Shown here piece after piece: positions 47,874-56,652 of a stretch of DNA of 64,000 nt (its first letter is position 1; each line of letters begins with the position of its first letter). The stretch is from Salinispira sp. GTDB taxonomy: Bacteria; Spirochaetota; Spirochaetia; DSM-27196; Salinispiraceae. The position numbers and the translations under genes were made by a program. The DNA lies in assembly GCA_965602015.1 (NCBI GenBank), contig OZ271918.1, positions 3,680,001 through 3,744,000 of the forward strand, given 5' to 3'. The notes under the pieces are model-generated. The model saw only the letters and a list, made by a program, of their open reading frames with translations, searched no databases and was not told the DNA's origin.

Positions 47874-49769
47874 ATGGCAACCCATCAGTTTCAGACCGAA
47901 GTAGGTCAGCTTCTTCACCTCATTACCCACTCCCTGTATTCTCACAAGGAAATTTTCATCCGCGAGCTGGTTTCCAATAGCTCGGATGCCCTGGACAAAC
48001 TCAAGTACCTCACCATCACCGACGATGCCATGAAAGAACTGTCCTTCGATCCCAAAATTCATCTGGAGTTTACCGAAGGAGAGAATCCCAGTCTCACAGT
48101 CACCGACAACGGCATCGGAATGAACGAATCCGAGCTCGGTGAGAACCTGGGAACCATCGCCAAAAGCGGCACCAAGGCCTTCCTGGGCCAACTCACCGGC
48201 GACAGCAAGAAAGACAGCAACCTGATCGGTCAGTTCGGTGTGGGATTTTACTCGGCATTTATGGTCGCCGACCGCATTGACGTGTACTCCCGCAAGGCCG
48301 GAGAGGAAACAATCTGGAAATGGACCAGCGACGGCCAGGGCGAGTTCAGCGTGGAAGAGGCCGGCGGAGATGACGCCGAAGCCGCGAAGCTCGAAGCCCA
48401 GGGCACCCGCATCGTCTGTCATTTGAATGACGAGGGCAAGGAGTATGCAAGCCGCTGGAAGGTTCAGGATGTCATCAAGAAATACTCCAACCACATCGCC
48501 TTCCCCATCTTCATGACGTACGAGAAGACCAATTACGACGACAAGGGAAAGGAAACCGGGAAAGAGACCGTAACCGACCAGGTAAACTCAGCCAATGCCC
48601 TGTGGAAGCGCAGCAAGTCGGAAATCAGCGACGAGGATTACAAGGAATTCTACAAGACCATCGGTCATGATCAGGAAGACCCGCTGTTTTGGCTTCACAC
48701 CCAGGCCGAAGGCACCATGGAGTACACCACCCTGTTCTATGTCCCCAAAACCGCACCCATGGACATGAATTATGCCGACTACAAGCCCGGGGTCAAACTT
48801 TATGTGCGCCGGGTATTTATCACCGACGACGAGAAAGAGCTGATGCCCACCTACCTGCGCTTCCTGAGGGGGATTATCGACAGCGAAGATCTGCCCCTGA
48901 ACGTGAGCCGGGAAATCCTGCAGCAAAACCGGGTAATGGCCAATATCAAGAGCGCCTCGGTTAAAAAAGTGCTTTCGGAGCTCAAGCGCATCGCCCTTGA
49001 AGACGGGGACGCCTACAAAGCCTTTATTGAGCAGTACAACCGCCCGCTCAAGGAGGGTCTCTACACCGATTTCGGCCATCGGGAAGATTTGATGGAGCTG
49101 GTCCGGTTCAAGTCTACAAAGGCCGACGGATTTGTCAGTCTGGCGGAATACAAGGACCGTATGCTGCCCGATCAGAAGGCCATCTACTATATCACCGGCG
49201 ATAAGGAATCAACCCTGCGCAATTCGCCGCTCTTGGAAGCGTACAAGAAAAAGGACATCGAAGTTCTGGTGATGGATGACGACATCGATGAAATCGTTGT
49301 TCCCGGGCTGATGAAGTACAAGGAAATCGATCTGAAGGCGGTGAACCGTTCTGATGCCGGCGAAGATCTCAATGAGAAGGCCGATAAAAAGAAGGAAAAG
49401 GAAACCAAGCCGGTGGTCGAAAAGGTCAAAAAGGCCCTTGGCGACCGGGTGAAGGATGTGAAGGTTTCCGTTCGACTTGCCGACAGCCCCAGCTGCATCG
49501 TTGTCGATGAAAACGACCCCACATTCCAGATGCAGTCAATGATGAAGGCCATGGGCCAGGGCGGCGAGGTTCCGGACATCACTCCCATTCTGGAGATCAA
49601 TCCGGATCATGAAATCGTTACCAAGCTCAAAAATATCGAAGACGAGGACAGAATTGCCGACGTAGCCAGCCTGCTTCTCGACCAGGCTCTTCTGGTAGAA
49701 GGGGTTCAGCTCAAGGATCCGGCGGACTTCGTGAAGCGATTGAACCGGGTTATGGGTAACTCGCTGTAA
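47874..49769 (+). CDS. htpG: Molecular chaperone HtpG (Hsp90)
   Basis: LYSHKEIFIRELVSNSSDA, DNGIGM, GTIAKSGT, IGQFGVGFYS, DSEDLPLNVSRE; AAGGAG upstream. Confidence 0.98.
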   Translation: MATHQFQTEVGQLLHLITHSLYSHKEIFIRELVSNSSDALDKLKYLTITDDAMKELSFDPKIHLEFTEGENPSLTVTDNGIGMNESELGENLGTIAKSGTKAFLGQLTGDSKKDSNLIGQFGVGFYSAFMVADRIDVYSRKAGEETIWKWTSDGQGEFSVEEAGGDDAEAAKLEAQGTRIVCHLNDEGKEYASRWKVQDVIKKYSNHIAFPIFMTYEKTNYDDKGKETGKETVTDQVNSANALWKRSKSEISDEDYKEFYKTIGHDQEDPLFWLHTQAEGTMEYTTLFYVPKTAPMDMNYADYKPGVKLYVRRVFITDDEKELMPTYLRFLRGIIDSEDLPLNVSREILQQNRVMANIKSASVKKVLSELKRIALEDGDAYKAFIEQYNRPLKEGLYTDFGHREDLMELVRFKSTKADGFVSLAEYKDRMLPDQKAIYYITGDKESTLRNSPLLEAYKKKDIEVLVMDDDIDEIVVPGLMKYKEIDLKAVNRSDAGEDLNEKADKKKEKETKPVVEKVKKALGDRVKDVKVSVRLADSPSCIVVDENDPTFQMQSMMKAMGQGGEVPDITPILEINPDHEIVTKLKNIEDEDRIADVASLLLDQALLVEGVQLKDPADFVKRLNRVMGNSL

Positions 49770-49813
49770 TTCGGAGCGCCATGGGCCTCGCCGAAATGAG
49801 GCCGTCCGATTCT

Positions 49814-49841
49814 ACGCCGCGCCTTGTGTGCGGCGTTTTTT
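49814..49841 (+). terminator. Rho-independent terminator after htpG
   Basis: acgccgc...gcggcgt followed by a T run. Confidence 0.8.
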
Positions 49842-49888
49842 GTGCCTAAAACTTGCCGCAGCCGCGCTCTTTGCCGTAGAATCAGCCC

Positions 49889-50857
49889 ATGAAACGGATA
49901 TCTTCCCTGCTGCTCCTGCTTATTCTTTTCCCCGCGCTGTTAAGCGGGCAGGATAATCCTTCCTCCTCGGACAGGTTTATCAACACCCTTCTGCCCGGCT
50001 GGTACCAGATTCAGGACGGAAGAACCCTGGAGGGCGCCCTGTATATGAGCGGGTTGCCCATGCTCATCGGCGGGCAGCTACTCGCTGTGCTGTGGGCAGA
50101 AGAATTAAACGCCGACGTCGAGTTCTTCAAGGAAGTGGATGGCCGCCACTATTTTATGTATTCGGAAAGTTTCCGGTCCGGCGGGAACGATCTGCTTTTT
50201 TTTGCGGCGAACGCCGCTACTCTCTGGGGAACATTGCTGTACAGCTACAGCCAGTACGATGTGGCGGTGCGGGAATCCTCAGGCGTCGCGGAATCTCATA
50301 CCCAGCTCGGATTGGGCGAAATTCTGCTTGCTCCATGGCAGCCAAAAAACGTGTTTAATCCCCAGGTGCTGCCGGTGCTGGTCCTGACGAATCTCGTTCC
50401 GCTGTACAGTATTGTTATGGATGGTGAGGCTGAAGCGTTTTTTACCCGGGAGACCGTCCCCTTCCTGGGGCGCCAGGTCAGCCCCGCTTTGGCCTTCGGG
50501 GGCGCCCTGGCGGGCAGTCTTTTCCTTGTGAGCGCCAACGCAGGTTGGGAGGAAATCGTGTTTCGCGGACCCGTTCTCCAACGGCGGGGTCTGACCGCCT
50601 CGTCCCTGCAATTCGGCCTGGTTCATGCGCCTAATGCCCTTGGAACAAATGTGGCAGTGGAAGATACCGCCGGTCAGGTACTGTTCGCCACAGCCTTCGG
50701 ATTTTACGCGGGATACCTGACCGAAGCCAACGGATATGATTTCAGGAGAGCGATGGCTCTCCACTTTTGGCACAATGTTGTTGCCTTCCTTGCGGACTAC
50801 ATCAGCAATCCTGACGAATCACTGATGTTCCGGATAGAACTTAATCTCCGGCGCTGA
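49889..50857 (+). CDS. CPBP (CAAX/Rce1-like) intramembrane glutamic endopeptidase
   Basis: WEEIVFRG, QFGLVH, ALHFWHN motifs; signal peptide. Confidence 0.87.
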   Translation: MKRISSLLLLLILFPALLSGQDNPSSSDRFINTLLPGWYQIQDGRTLEGALYMSGLPMLIGGQLLAVLWAEELNADVEFFKEVDGRHYFMYSESFRSGGNDLLFFAANAATLWGTLLYSYSQYDVAVRESSGVAESHTQLGLGEILLAPWQPKNVFNPQVLPVLVLTNLVPLYSIVMDGEAEAFFTRETVPFLGRQVSPALAFGGALAGSLFLVSANAGWEEIVFRGPVLQRRGLTASSLQFGLVHAPNALGTNVAVEDTAGQVLFATAFGFYAGYLTEANGYDFRRAMALHFWHNVVAFLADYISNPDESLMFRIELNLRR

Positions 50858-51791
50858 CAAGCGCTGACTGGGAGAGAGCAGACACCGGTGACCGGCGGGC
50901 AGCTAGTTTCCGGTGGAGAAAGATTCCCGCAGGATAGAAAATTCCCGCGTACAGAATCCCCGCAGGAATATCCACAAAATAATGGTACCCGCAGTATACC
51001 GCCGCGACAAAAACCAGCAGGCCATTTACCACCACCAGTGAGCGCAGGGGAATTTTGCAGCGCAACGCCGTTATTATCAGCGCCATGGACAGGGCCGCGT
51101 GGGTACTGGGGAAGGCCGCCCCGAAGTGGGGCGTTCGCCGATACAGTTCAGCCATCAGCCTGGTAAAGGAACCGTGCCTGAAGGTTTCGGTGATCGCCAT
51201 AATTTCCGGATCGAAGCGCCCGCCGGCAACCGGAAGCACCAGATAGGTAACGGCGGAAGCGTAAAACACCGTGACCATAGCAAAAATAGATTCGTTGAGC
51301 TTCTCCCGTTTCGCGAAAAACAGATAAAACGGAACCAGTCCGAGAGCGAAGTAATACAGGAAGTATGCTGCGTGAAGGATTTCGGAAATCCAGAAAGAAT
51401 CATAGCGCTCCATCCAGACCCGTGCCGGCTGATACCCGAATAAGAACTGATCAGCGGCGGCGAATGCCGGATCCAGCAATTCGGGAAAAAACAGATTATC
51501 GTAACGGTATATCACCACGTAGAAAAAGAGCATGGTCATTAAGGGGTACCCCAGGCGGAACACGTCGAACACGCTCCGGGCGATACATGCCGGGCCGGTC
51601 AATTTTTCCGATTTCGGGAAGTATGCGTCCCCCCGGGCGAAGACAGGAATCGCCGCCAGGAAGGCCAGCGAGGGTAATAATAGTGACCATAAGTCATTTA
51701 TGGATTCCGCACTGAGAAGTATCGCCGCTATGTTTAGGGCGAAGAACGCCGCGCTGATAAAATCTACCGGTAGAAAATTGAATTTGGGCAT
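50841..51791 (-). CDS. PAP2 family membrane phosphoesterase
   Basis: AAFPSTH and GYHYFVD motifs; multiple TM segments. Confidence 0.88.
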   Translation of the reverse strand: MPKFNFLPVDFISAAFFALNIAAILLSAESINDLWSLLLPSLAFLAAIPVFARGDAYFPKSEKLTGPACIARSVFDVFRLGYPLMTMLFFYVVIYRYDNLFFPELLDPAFAAADQFLFGYQPARVWMERYDSFWISEILHAAYFLYYFALGLVPFYLFFAKREKLNESIFAMVTVFYASAVTYLVLPVAGGRFDPEIMAITETFRHGSFTRLMAELYRRTPHFGAAFPSTHAALSMALIITALRCKIPLRSLVVVNGLLVFVAAVYCGYHYFVDIPAGILYAGIFYPAGIFLHRKLAARRSPVSALSQSALVSAGD

Positions 51792-51846
51792 GGGCGATTC
51801 TATCAGCGTTCATCCTGCAGGAGAATGGCTTAATTAACGAAATTCC

Positions 51847-52338
51847 CTATGCCGGCGTTTTTTTATTCATGTAATATCCGTGAGCGTAGGTGCCGACCAG
51901 GAAGCCGAATATGGTGAACAGGCTGCCAAGTTTGCCTTCGCCCAGCATCGCCAGGGCGGTTCCCGGACATGCGCCAGCAAGTCCCCAGCCGATGCCGAAA
52001 ATCAGGGAGCCGGGCACCAGGCCTTTTTTCCAGGGCTTTCCGGGGTAGCGGGCGGGCTTGAAGCTGATGAGGGTCTTTGCCTTGACCGCCTTGAGTATGA
52101 GATTTCCCGCAAGGCCGACCCCTGCGGCCACCGCGATGACCCACAAAAGCTGCAGGTCCTGAAAGAGGAACAGTTTCGGGTAGAAATCATAGGTGGTGGC
52201 CCCCGCCCGGCTGAGCAGGAAGCCGAATAACGCGCCGAGGGCAATAAAAAGGATGCGCCCGGTCAGGGACTTGCCCGCTACGATGCGCGCCCTGCTGTCT
52301 TCGCCTGCGTTGGCGGCGTTGTGGGTTATGTCGGACAT
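51847..52338 (-). CDS. YeeE/YedE-type sulfur transport membrane protein (second half)
   Basis: GALFGFLL, GSLIFGIGWGLAGACPGTA. Confidence 0.87.
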   Translation of the reverse strand: MSDITHNAANAGEDSRARIVAGKSLTGRILFIALGALFGFLLSRAGATTYDFYPKLFLFQDLQLLWVIAVAAGVGLAGNLILKAVKAKTLISFKPARYPGKPWKKGLVPGSLIFGIGWGLAGACPGTALAMLGEGKLGSLFTIFGFLVGTYAHGYYMNKKTPA

Positions 52339-52339
52339 A

Positions 52340-52864
52340 TCAGCCTCCTATTCCCAGAGCCGGGAGAATATTGAACAAGAACTGGACGATAATTATCCCT
52401 CCGGCAAAGAAGCCCGCCGATGCGACTATGCTGGGAGGATTAAGCAGGGCCAGGCCGCTGATTGAATGACCCGATGTACAGCCTCCGGCCATCCGACTTC
52501 CCAAGCCGATAAGGACACCGCCTGCGCTCAGCACCAGGGCTCTGAGGGGAAGGGCGGCGGGAAGAACCGAATCGTACAGCTCTCCCAGTGAAAAACTCGG
52601 CACAATGGGCCCCGGACTGGTCAGCGCGGCAATGAGTCCTCCCAGGGGAATTCCAATGATGAACCACAGACGCCAGTTGAAATTATCCTCAAAACTTCCG
52701 CGGTGGAAAAACGGCAGCCGGGAAAACATGCCGCACACATTGCCGAAGGCGGTGCTGACGCCCAGCGGATGTCCGCTGATAATGAGTTGGAACAGCAAGT
52801 ATGAACCGATGGCGATGCCGCCGACCCAGCCCTGCCAGAATATTACGGTGGTGATTTCACTCAT
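52340..52864 (-). CDS. YeeE/YedE-type sulfur transport membrane protein (first half)
   Basis: LGVS, GGVLIGLGSRMAGGCTSGHSISGL; AGGAGG upstream. Confidence 0.9.
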   Translation of the reverse strand: MSEITTVIFWQGWVGGIAIGSYLLFQLIISGHPLGVSTAFGNVCGMFSRLPFFHRGSFEDNFNWRLWFIIGIPLGGLIAALTSPGPIVPSFSLGELYDSVLPAALPLRALVLSAGGVLIGLGSRMAGGCTSGHSISGLALLNPPSIVASAGFFAGGIIIVQFLFNILPALGIGG

Positions 52865-52991
52865 AATCCCTCCTGAGCATATATTGTGACCTGTTTCTAA
52901 TATTCTTAGAATACAGTATGAATATAATAAACCCGGAATATATACTCAAGTATATAAATAGGGTAAGTCGACAATATGCGGGGAGGACTGG

Positions 52992-54122
52992 GTGATCCAG
53001 GCTTTTTTGCGATTAATAGGATTCACTCTCCTGGGCTACCTGATTTTCTCCCCACGCAGCCTGCGCGAACGGCTCCTGCCGGCCCTCACTTTTGCGGTAG
53101 TGAATGTTCTCTTTCCCCTGTACTCCATAACCCGATACGGCATGAACTGGGATTCCGCTGTGCGCGCCGGAGGGTCCTGGCTTGTGTGGTTTTTTTTCAT
53201 CGGCATTGGGACCCTTTTTATCCAGTACGTTTTGGGAAGGTGCCTGCTCCTGCGGCCCGGGGTTTTTCCCGCGCTGCGGGACGCGCATCGACGGGAGTTC
53301 CTACTGCTGTTCTCGATTCACAATGCGGGATACATTCCCCTGCCCATCCTCCAGGCAATAGCTCCGCCGGAGGTGACGGTGTACATGTTTTCCTATGTTC
53401 TGGCATTTCAACTGGTCTTCTGGAGCCTCGCCGTCAGCATCTTTGTCGGCGGGGGCCGTACCGACGGTGGCGGACAGACCGACGGCGGGGGCTGTACCGA
53501 CGGTGGCGAACAGACCGCCGACCACGGCGCAGGCCTGGAATCCGGCGGGAGGGCATCGCTTGTGAATGAGCCGCACAGGCAGGCCGATGCCCGGCAAAGC
53601 CCCCGGATTCGGTTCAAACTCACCATGCCCCTGGCTGGACTGGCGGCGGGCCTGATTCTCGCATCAAGCGGGGTGTATCAATTGATGCCGCGGGCGCTTC
53701 TCCGGCCGTTGGAAATAATAAGCGGATATGCCATGGATGGGGTTCTTGTGGTCCTGGGCGGCATCCTGGCGGGCATACCGCACCAGCGCCTAGGCGAGCA
53801 TCGCGAGTTTGTTTCGTTTATTTACATCAGGCAGCTCGCCTTTCCGGCGGCGGTGCTGGGATTAATGCTGGTGCTCCGGCTGATATTCGCTCCCGCCGGC
53901 CTGGCTTCGGGCAGGCCGATAGGTATCGGCGATACCTGGCGCTGGCTCCAACTGGTTCTGGTGCTGGAAGCGGCGGTTCCCCCGGCGACAAACCTGGCCA
54001 TTGCCGCCCGAGCCTACGGCAGCCGGGAACAGCTTGAGTACACCGGAACCGGACTCATCCTCAGTTACCTGGCAAGCGCCGCGGGAATCCCGCTGTTCGT
54101 GGTGCTCGCCATGCTACTTTAA
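52992..54122 (+). CDS. AEC (auxin efflux carrier-like) family transporter
   Basis: Ten TM segments in 5+5 arrangement; HNAGYIPLPIL and LEAAVPPATN motifs; GTG start after GGAGG. Confidence 0.85.
   Translation: MIQAFLRLIGFTLLGYLIFSPRSLRERLLPALTFAVVNVLFPLYSITRYGMNWDSAVRAGGSWLVWFFFIGIGTLFIQYVLGRCLLLRPGVFPALRDAHRREFLLLFSIHNAGYIPLPILQAIAPPEVTVYMFSYVLAFQLVFWSLAVSIFVGGGRTDGGGQTDGGGCTDGGEQTADHGAGLESGGRASLVNEPHRQADARQSPRIRFKLTMPLAGLAAGLILASSGVYQLMPRALLRPLEIISGYAMDGVLVVLGGILAGIPHQRLGEHREFVSFIYIRQLAFPAAVLGLMLVLRLIFAPAGLASGRPIGIGDTWRWLQLVLVLEAAVPPATNLAIAARAYGSREQLEYTGTGLILSYLASAAGIPLFVVLAMLL
53448..53519 (+). repeat. 4 x 18-nt (2 x 36-nt) tandem repeat in the AEC cytoplasmic loop
   Basis: ggcgggggccgtaccgac / ggtggcggacagaccgac / ggcgggggctgtaccgac / ggtggcgaacagaccgcc, encoding GGGRTD GGGQTD GGGCTD GGEQTA. 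Confidence 0.9.
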
Positions 54123-54821
54123 GCTGATGATGTCCCAGTCGCCCTTTTTGGCGTGACGGCGGAGCACCGGGTCGGGATTTGTGGCGACGGGATAGCCGAC
54201 CTTAACCATCATTCCCAGGTCGATTACGCTGTCGCTGTAAAATGCCGTCTCTTCCAGAGGAATATGCCGCTCCCGAAGCAGCTCGTTGGTCCGCCGAAGT
54301 TTCTCGAGTCCGTAACAGGGGCGGCCGTCTACTTCCCCGGTGCAAATTCCGTCCCGGTATTCCATTTCGGTGGTGACCACATGGCTGGATGGAATCTTAA
54401 GGAACTCCGCAAGCGGGCGGATAATAAAATCCAGGCTGGCTGTGGCTAAAATAATGAGGCAGCCCCGGGCCTGGTGCTGCCTGATGAGGGCGATGCCGTC
54501 GGGGTATATCGACTTGATGATGAAGCGTAGAAATACCTCATCCGCCAGGTCATCGAGAAGACTCCGGGGAAGGTCGCTGAGAAACGGCAGGCTTCGGGGA
54601 AGATTTGCCGTGGAGGCAATGCCGTATTTAACCTGAAAGTGGAGCCACGCCGAGCGCAGCAGCATCCGAGGGGGAATCAGGCGGTGCTTCAAGGCCACCC
54701 GGGCGAAGGCGATGGTGCTGGAGCGCTGCAACAATGTGTAGTCCACATCGAATACCGCTGCCCTGGCCTGCATTGCCCTGATGTGTTGGAAAGAGTTGGA
54801 GGGGTATTCGCTAGTCTTCAA
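54114..54821 (-). CDS. HAD-IB family phosphatase (start may be ATG 54773)
   Basis: FDVDYTL, LATAS, GLEK, FYSDSVIDL, NPD..LRRHA...W. Confidence 0.9.
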   Translation of the reverse strand: MKTSEYPSNSFQHIRAMQARAAVFDVDYTLLQRSSTIAFARVALKHRLIPPRMLLRSAWLHFQVKYGIASTANLPRSLPFLSDLPRSLLDDLADEVFLRFIIKSIYPDGIALIRQHQARGCLIILATASLDFIIRPLAEFLKIPSSHVVTTEMEYRDGICTGEVDGRPCYGLEKLRRTNELLRERHIPLEETAFYSDSVIDLGMMVKVGYPVATNPDPVLRRHAKKGDWDIISLK

Positions 54822-56157
54822 GGATGGCCGCGTCCTCCTGCTGCGTCGAGCCGTCGGCAGCGCTATTGAGCAGATCGAAGAATCCCGGAAAGGTTACCGC
54901 CGCCGCCTCGGCGTCGGTGACCCTCATTTCACCGTCGCTTGCCAGACCGGCAATGGAGCAGGCCATAACGATGCGGTGGTCGCCGTGTCCCTCCACCAGT
55001 GCGCCGCGGACCGGGCCGCCCTTAATGACCATGCCGTCGGACAACTCCCGGCAGTCCACAGTCATTTTTTTGAGTTCTCCGGTCATACAGGCAATGCGGT
55101 CGGTCTCCTTTAGTCGGGCCTGAGGGACATTTACCAGCCATGTCTCGCCCCGGGCAAAAGCGGCGGTGACCGCCAGGGCCGGAAGGCTGTCGGGAATGTC
55201 GTTGAGATCGAAGGTCCCGCCCTTCAGCGACCCCGCCGGTGGTCCTTCCACCACAATGCCGTCGCCCTCCGATTCGATGCCGCATCCCATTTTTTTCAGG
55301 ATGTCGAGCACCGCCTTGTCTCCCTGGCTGTCGTTGAGGTCCAGGCCGCGGAGCACCAAGCGGCTGCCGGTGACCGCAGCGGCGCAAGCGAAAAATGTCG
55401 CCGAGGAGAAATCCCCGGGAACCGCCTTTTCAAATGCCCGGTACCGTTGGCCTCCGGGGATGATGAGGGTTTTCCAGTCCCGGTTCTCGTACTCGATGCC
55501 CTGCTCATCGAGCCACGCTGCGGTGAGTTCCGCATAGGGTTTTTCCATCAGCAGCGGCACATCTATCTGAGCCAGGCTGCCCTTGCTCATCAAGGGGCAG
55601 GCTAGCATCAGGCTCGAGAGAAACTGGCTCGTGGGGCATTCGATGCTGGTCCGGCCTCCCTTCAAGGGGCCCCGGACCACGAAGGGCGCGGCGTCGACTT
55701 CACCCCGTGTGGTGTAGGCTTCGGCTCCCAAATCCTCAAGGGCCGCAAGGAGCCGGCGAATGGGGCGCGAACGGATCTGTTCGTCGCCTGTAAAAACGCT
55801 GTAGCCCGGCGACAGGGCCGCAAGGCCTGCGGAAAGATACAATGTGGTTCCCGAGTTTCCCGTATCGATTACATCATCGGGAGCTTGATGAAGTATTCCG
55901 CCCTTTTGTCCTCCGACCCCCCGTATTCTCAGGGCGTTGGGAAAACCCAGGGCGCCGCCGGGTATCTCCTCCACCTCAGCGCCGAAAAGCCTCACCGTAT
56001 GAATGCAGGACCGGGTGTCCCGGCTGTCCAGGGGGTTGGCGACAACGCTCTCGCCGTCGGCCATTGATGCGATCAAGAGGGCGCGAATGGTGTGGGATTT
56101 GGACGCGGGAATAAGAACGCTTCCGTCCAGCTTTGATTGTGAGATGCGGGCGAACAT
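54811..56157 (-). CDS. aroA: 3-phosphoshikimate 1-carboxyvinyltransferase (EPSP synthase)
   Basis: PASKSHTIRAL, GNSGTT, RP, TSQFLS, PGDFSSA, RLKETDRI, DHRIVM. Confidence 0.97.
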   Translation of the reverse strand: MFARISQSKLDGSVLIPASKSHTIRALLIASMADGESVVANPLDSRDTRSCIHTVRLFGAEVEEIPGGALGFPNALRIRGVGGQKGGILHQAPDDVIDTGNSGTTLYLSAGLAALSPGYSVFTGDEQIRSRPIRRLLAALEDLGAEAYTTRGEVDAAPFVVRGPLKGGRTSIECPTSQFLSSLMLACPLMSKGSLAQIDVPLLMEKPYAELTAAWLDEQGIEYENRDWKTLIIPGGQRYRAFEKAVPGDFSSATFFACAAAVTGSRLVLRGLDLNDSQGDKAVLDILKKMGCGIESEGDGIVVEGPPAGSLKGGTFDLNDIPDSLPALAVTAAFARGETWLVNVPQARLKETDRIACMTGELKKMTVDCRELSDGMVIKGGPVRGALVEGHGDHRIVMACSIAGLASDGEMRVTDAEAAAVTFPGFFDLLNSAADGSTQQEDAAILED

Positions 56158-56178
56158 GACTGTTGTCCTTTGCTTCTT

Positions 56179-56568
56179 CTAAATATAGCCCCGATACCCC
56201 ATGTCGGTTTCCCGGATGTGATGGAGTATCCAGTCTTTTAAAAAGTTCAGGGTTTCAAGGGTGAGAAACTTTCCGCCGTCTTCGAAGCGTTCTTTAAGCT
56301 CAAAAACGTCTATCATGAGCTTTTTATGTTCCCTGGCATGGGCGTCTTTCTCGGGATAGTCGGTGAGATTAAACAGCATTTCTTCGGTGCGGAAATGCAT
56401 TTCCACGTATTCCGTCAGGGAGGTAAAAACATGGGAGAGGGCCTGTTGACCCTTTCCGCTGTTCATCGCTTCGTGAAGTTCATTTATCAGATCGAGGAGT
56501 CCCCGGTGCTGGGCATCGATGGCGGGGTTTCCGACGCTGTATTCATCGCTCCAGACTAAGAACGCCAT
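56179..56568 (-). CDS. Bacteriohemerythrin
   Basis: WSDEYSVG...IDAQH, HFRTEE, HAREH, WILHHIRETD; AGGAGG upstream. Confidence 0.94.
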   Translation of the reverse strand: MAFLVWSDEYSVGNPAIDAQHRGLLDLINELHEAMNSGKGQQALSHVFTSLTEYVEMHFRTEEMLFNLTDYPEKDAHAREHKKLMIDVFELKERFEDGGKFLTLETLNFLKDWILHHIRETDMGYRGYI

Positions 56569-56652
56569 GATAAACCTCCTCCGGCTGTGTATGGGGTGCA
56601 AATAGGGCCCATAGGTCCTATGATCTTTTTATTATATTCCGATAATAAAGCC

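Noticed and set aside
334..49600. Long antisense or alternate-frame ORFs (e.g. 334-1212, 4058-4942, 7172-8194, 31843-32943, 38067-39134, 45836-47056)
   Set aside because: They shadow well-supported genes in a GC-rich genome and show no recognisable motifs.
49889..50857. Abortive-infection defence gene (the Pfam name 'Abi')
   Set aside because: Motifs are those of CPBP intramembrane proteases; no defence context.
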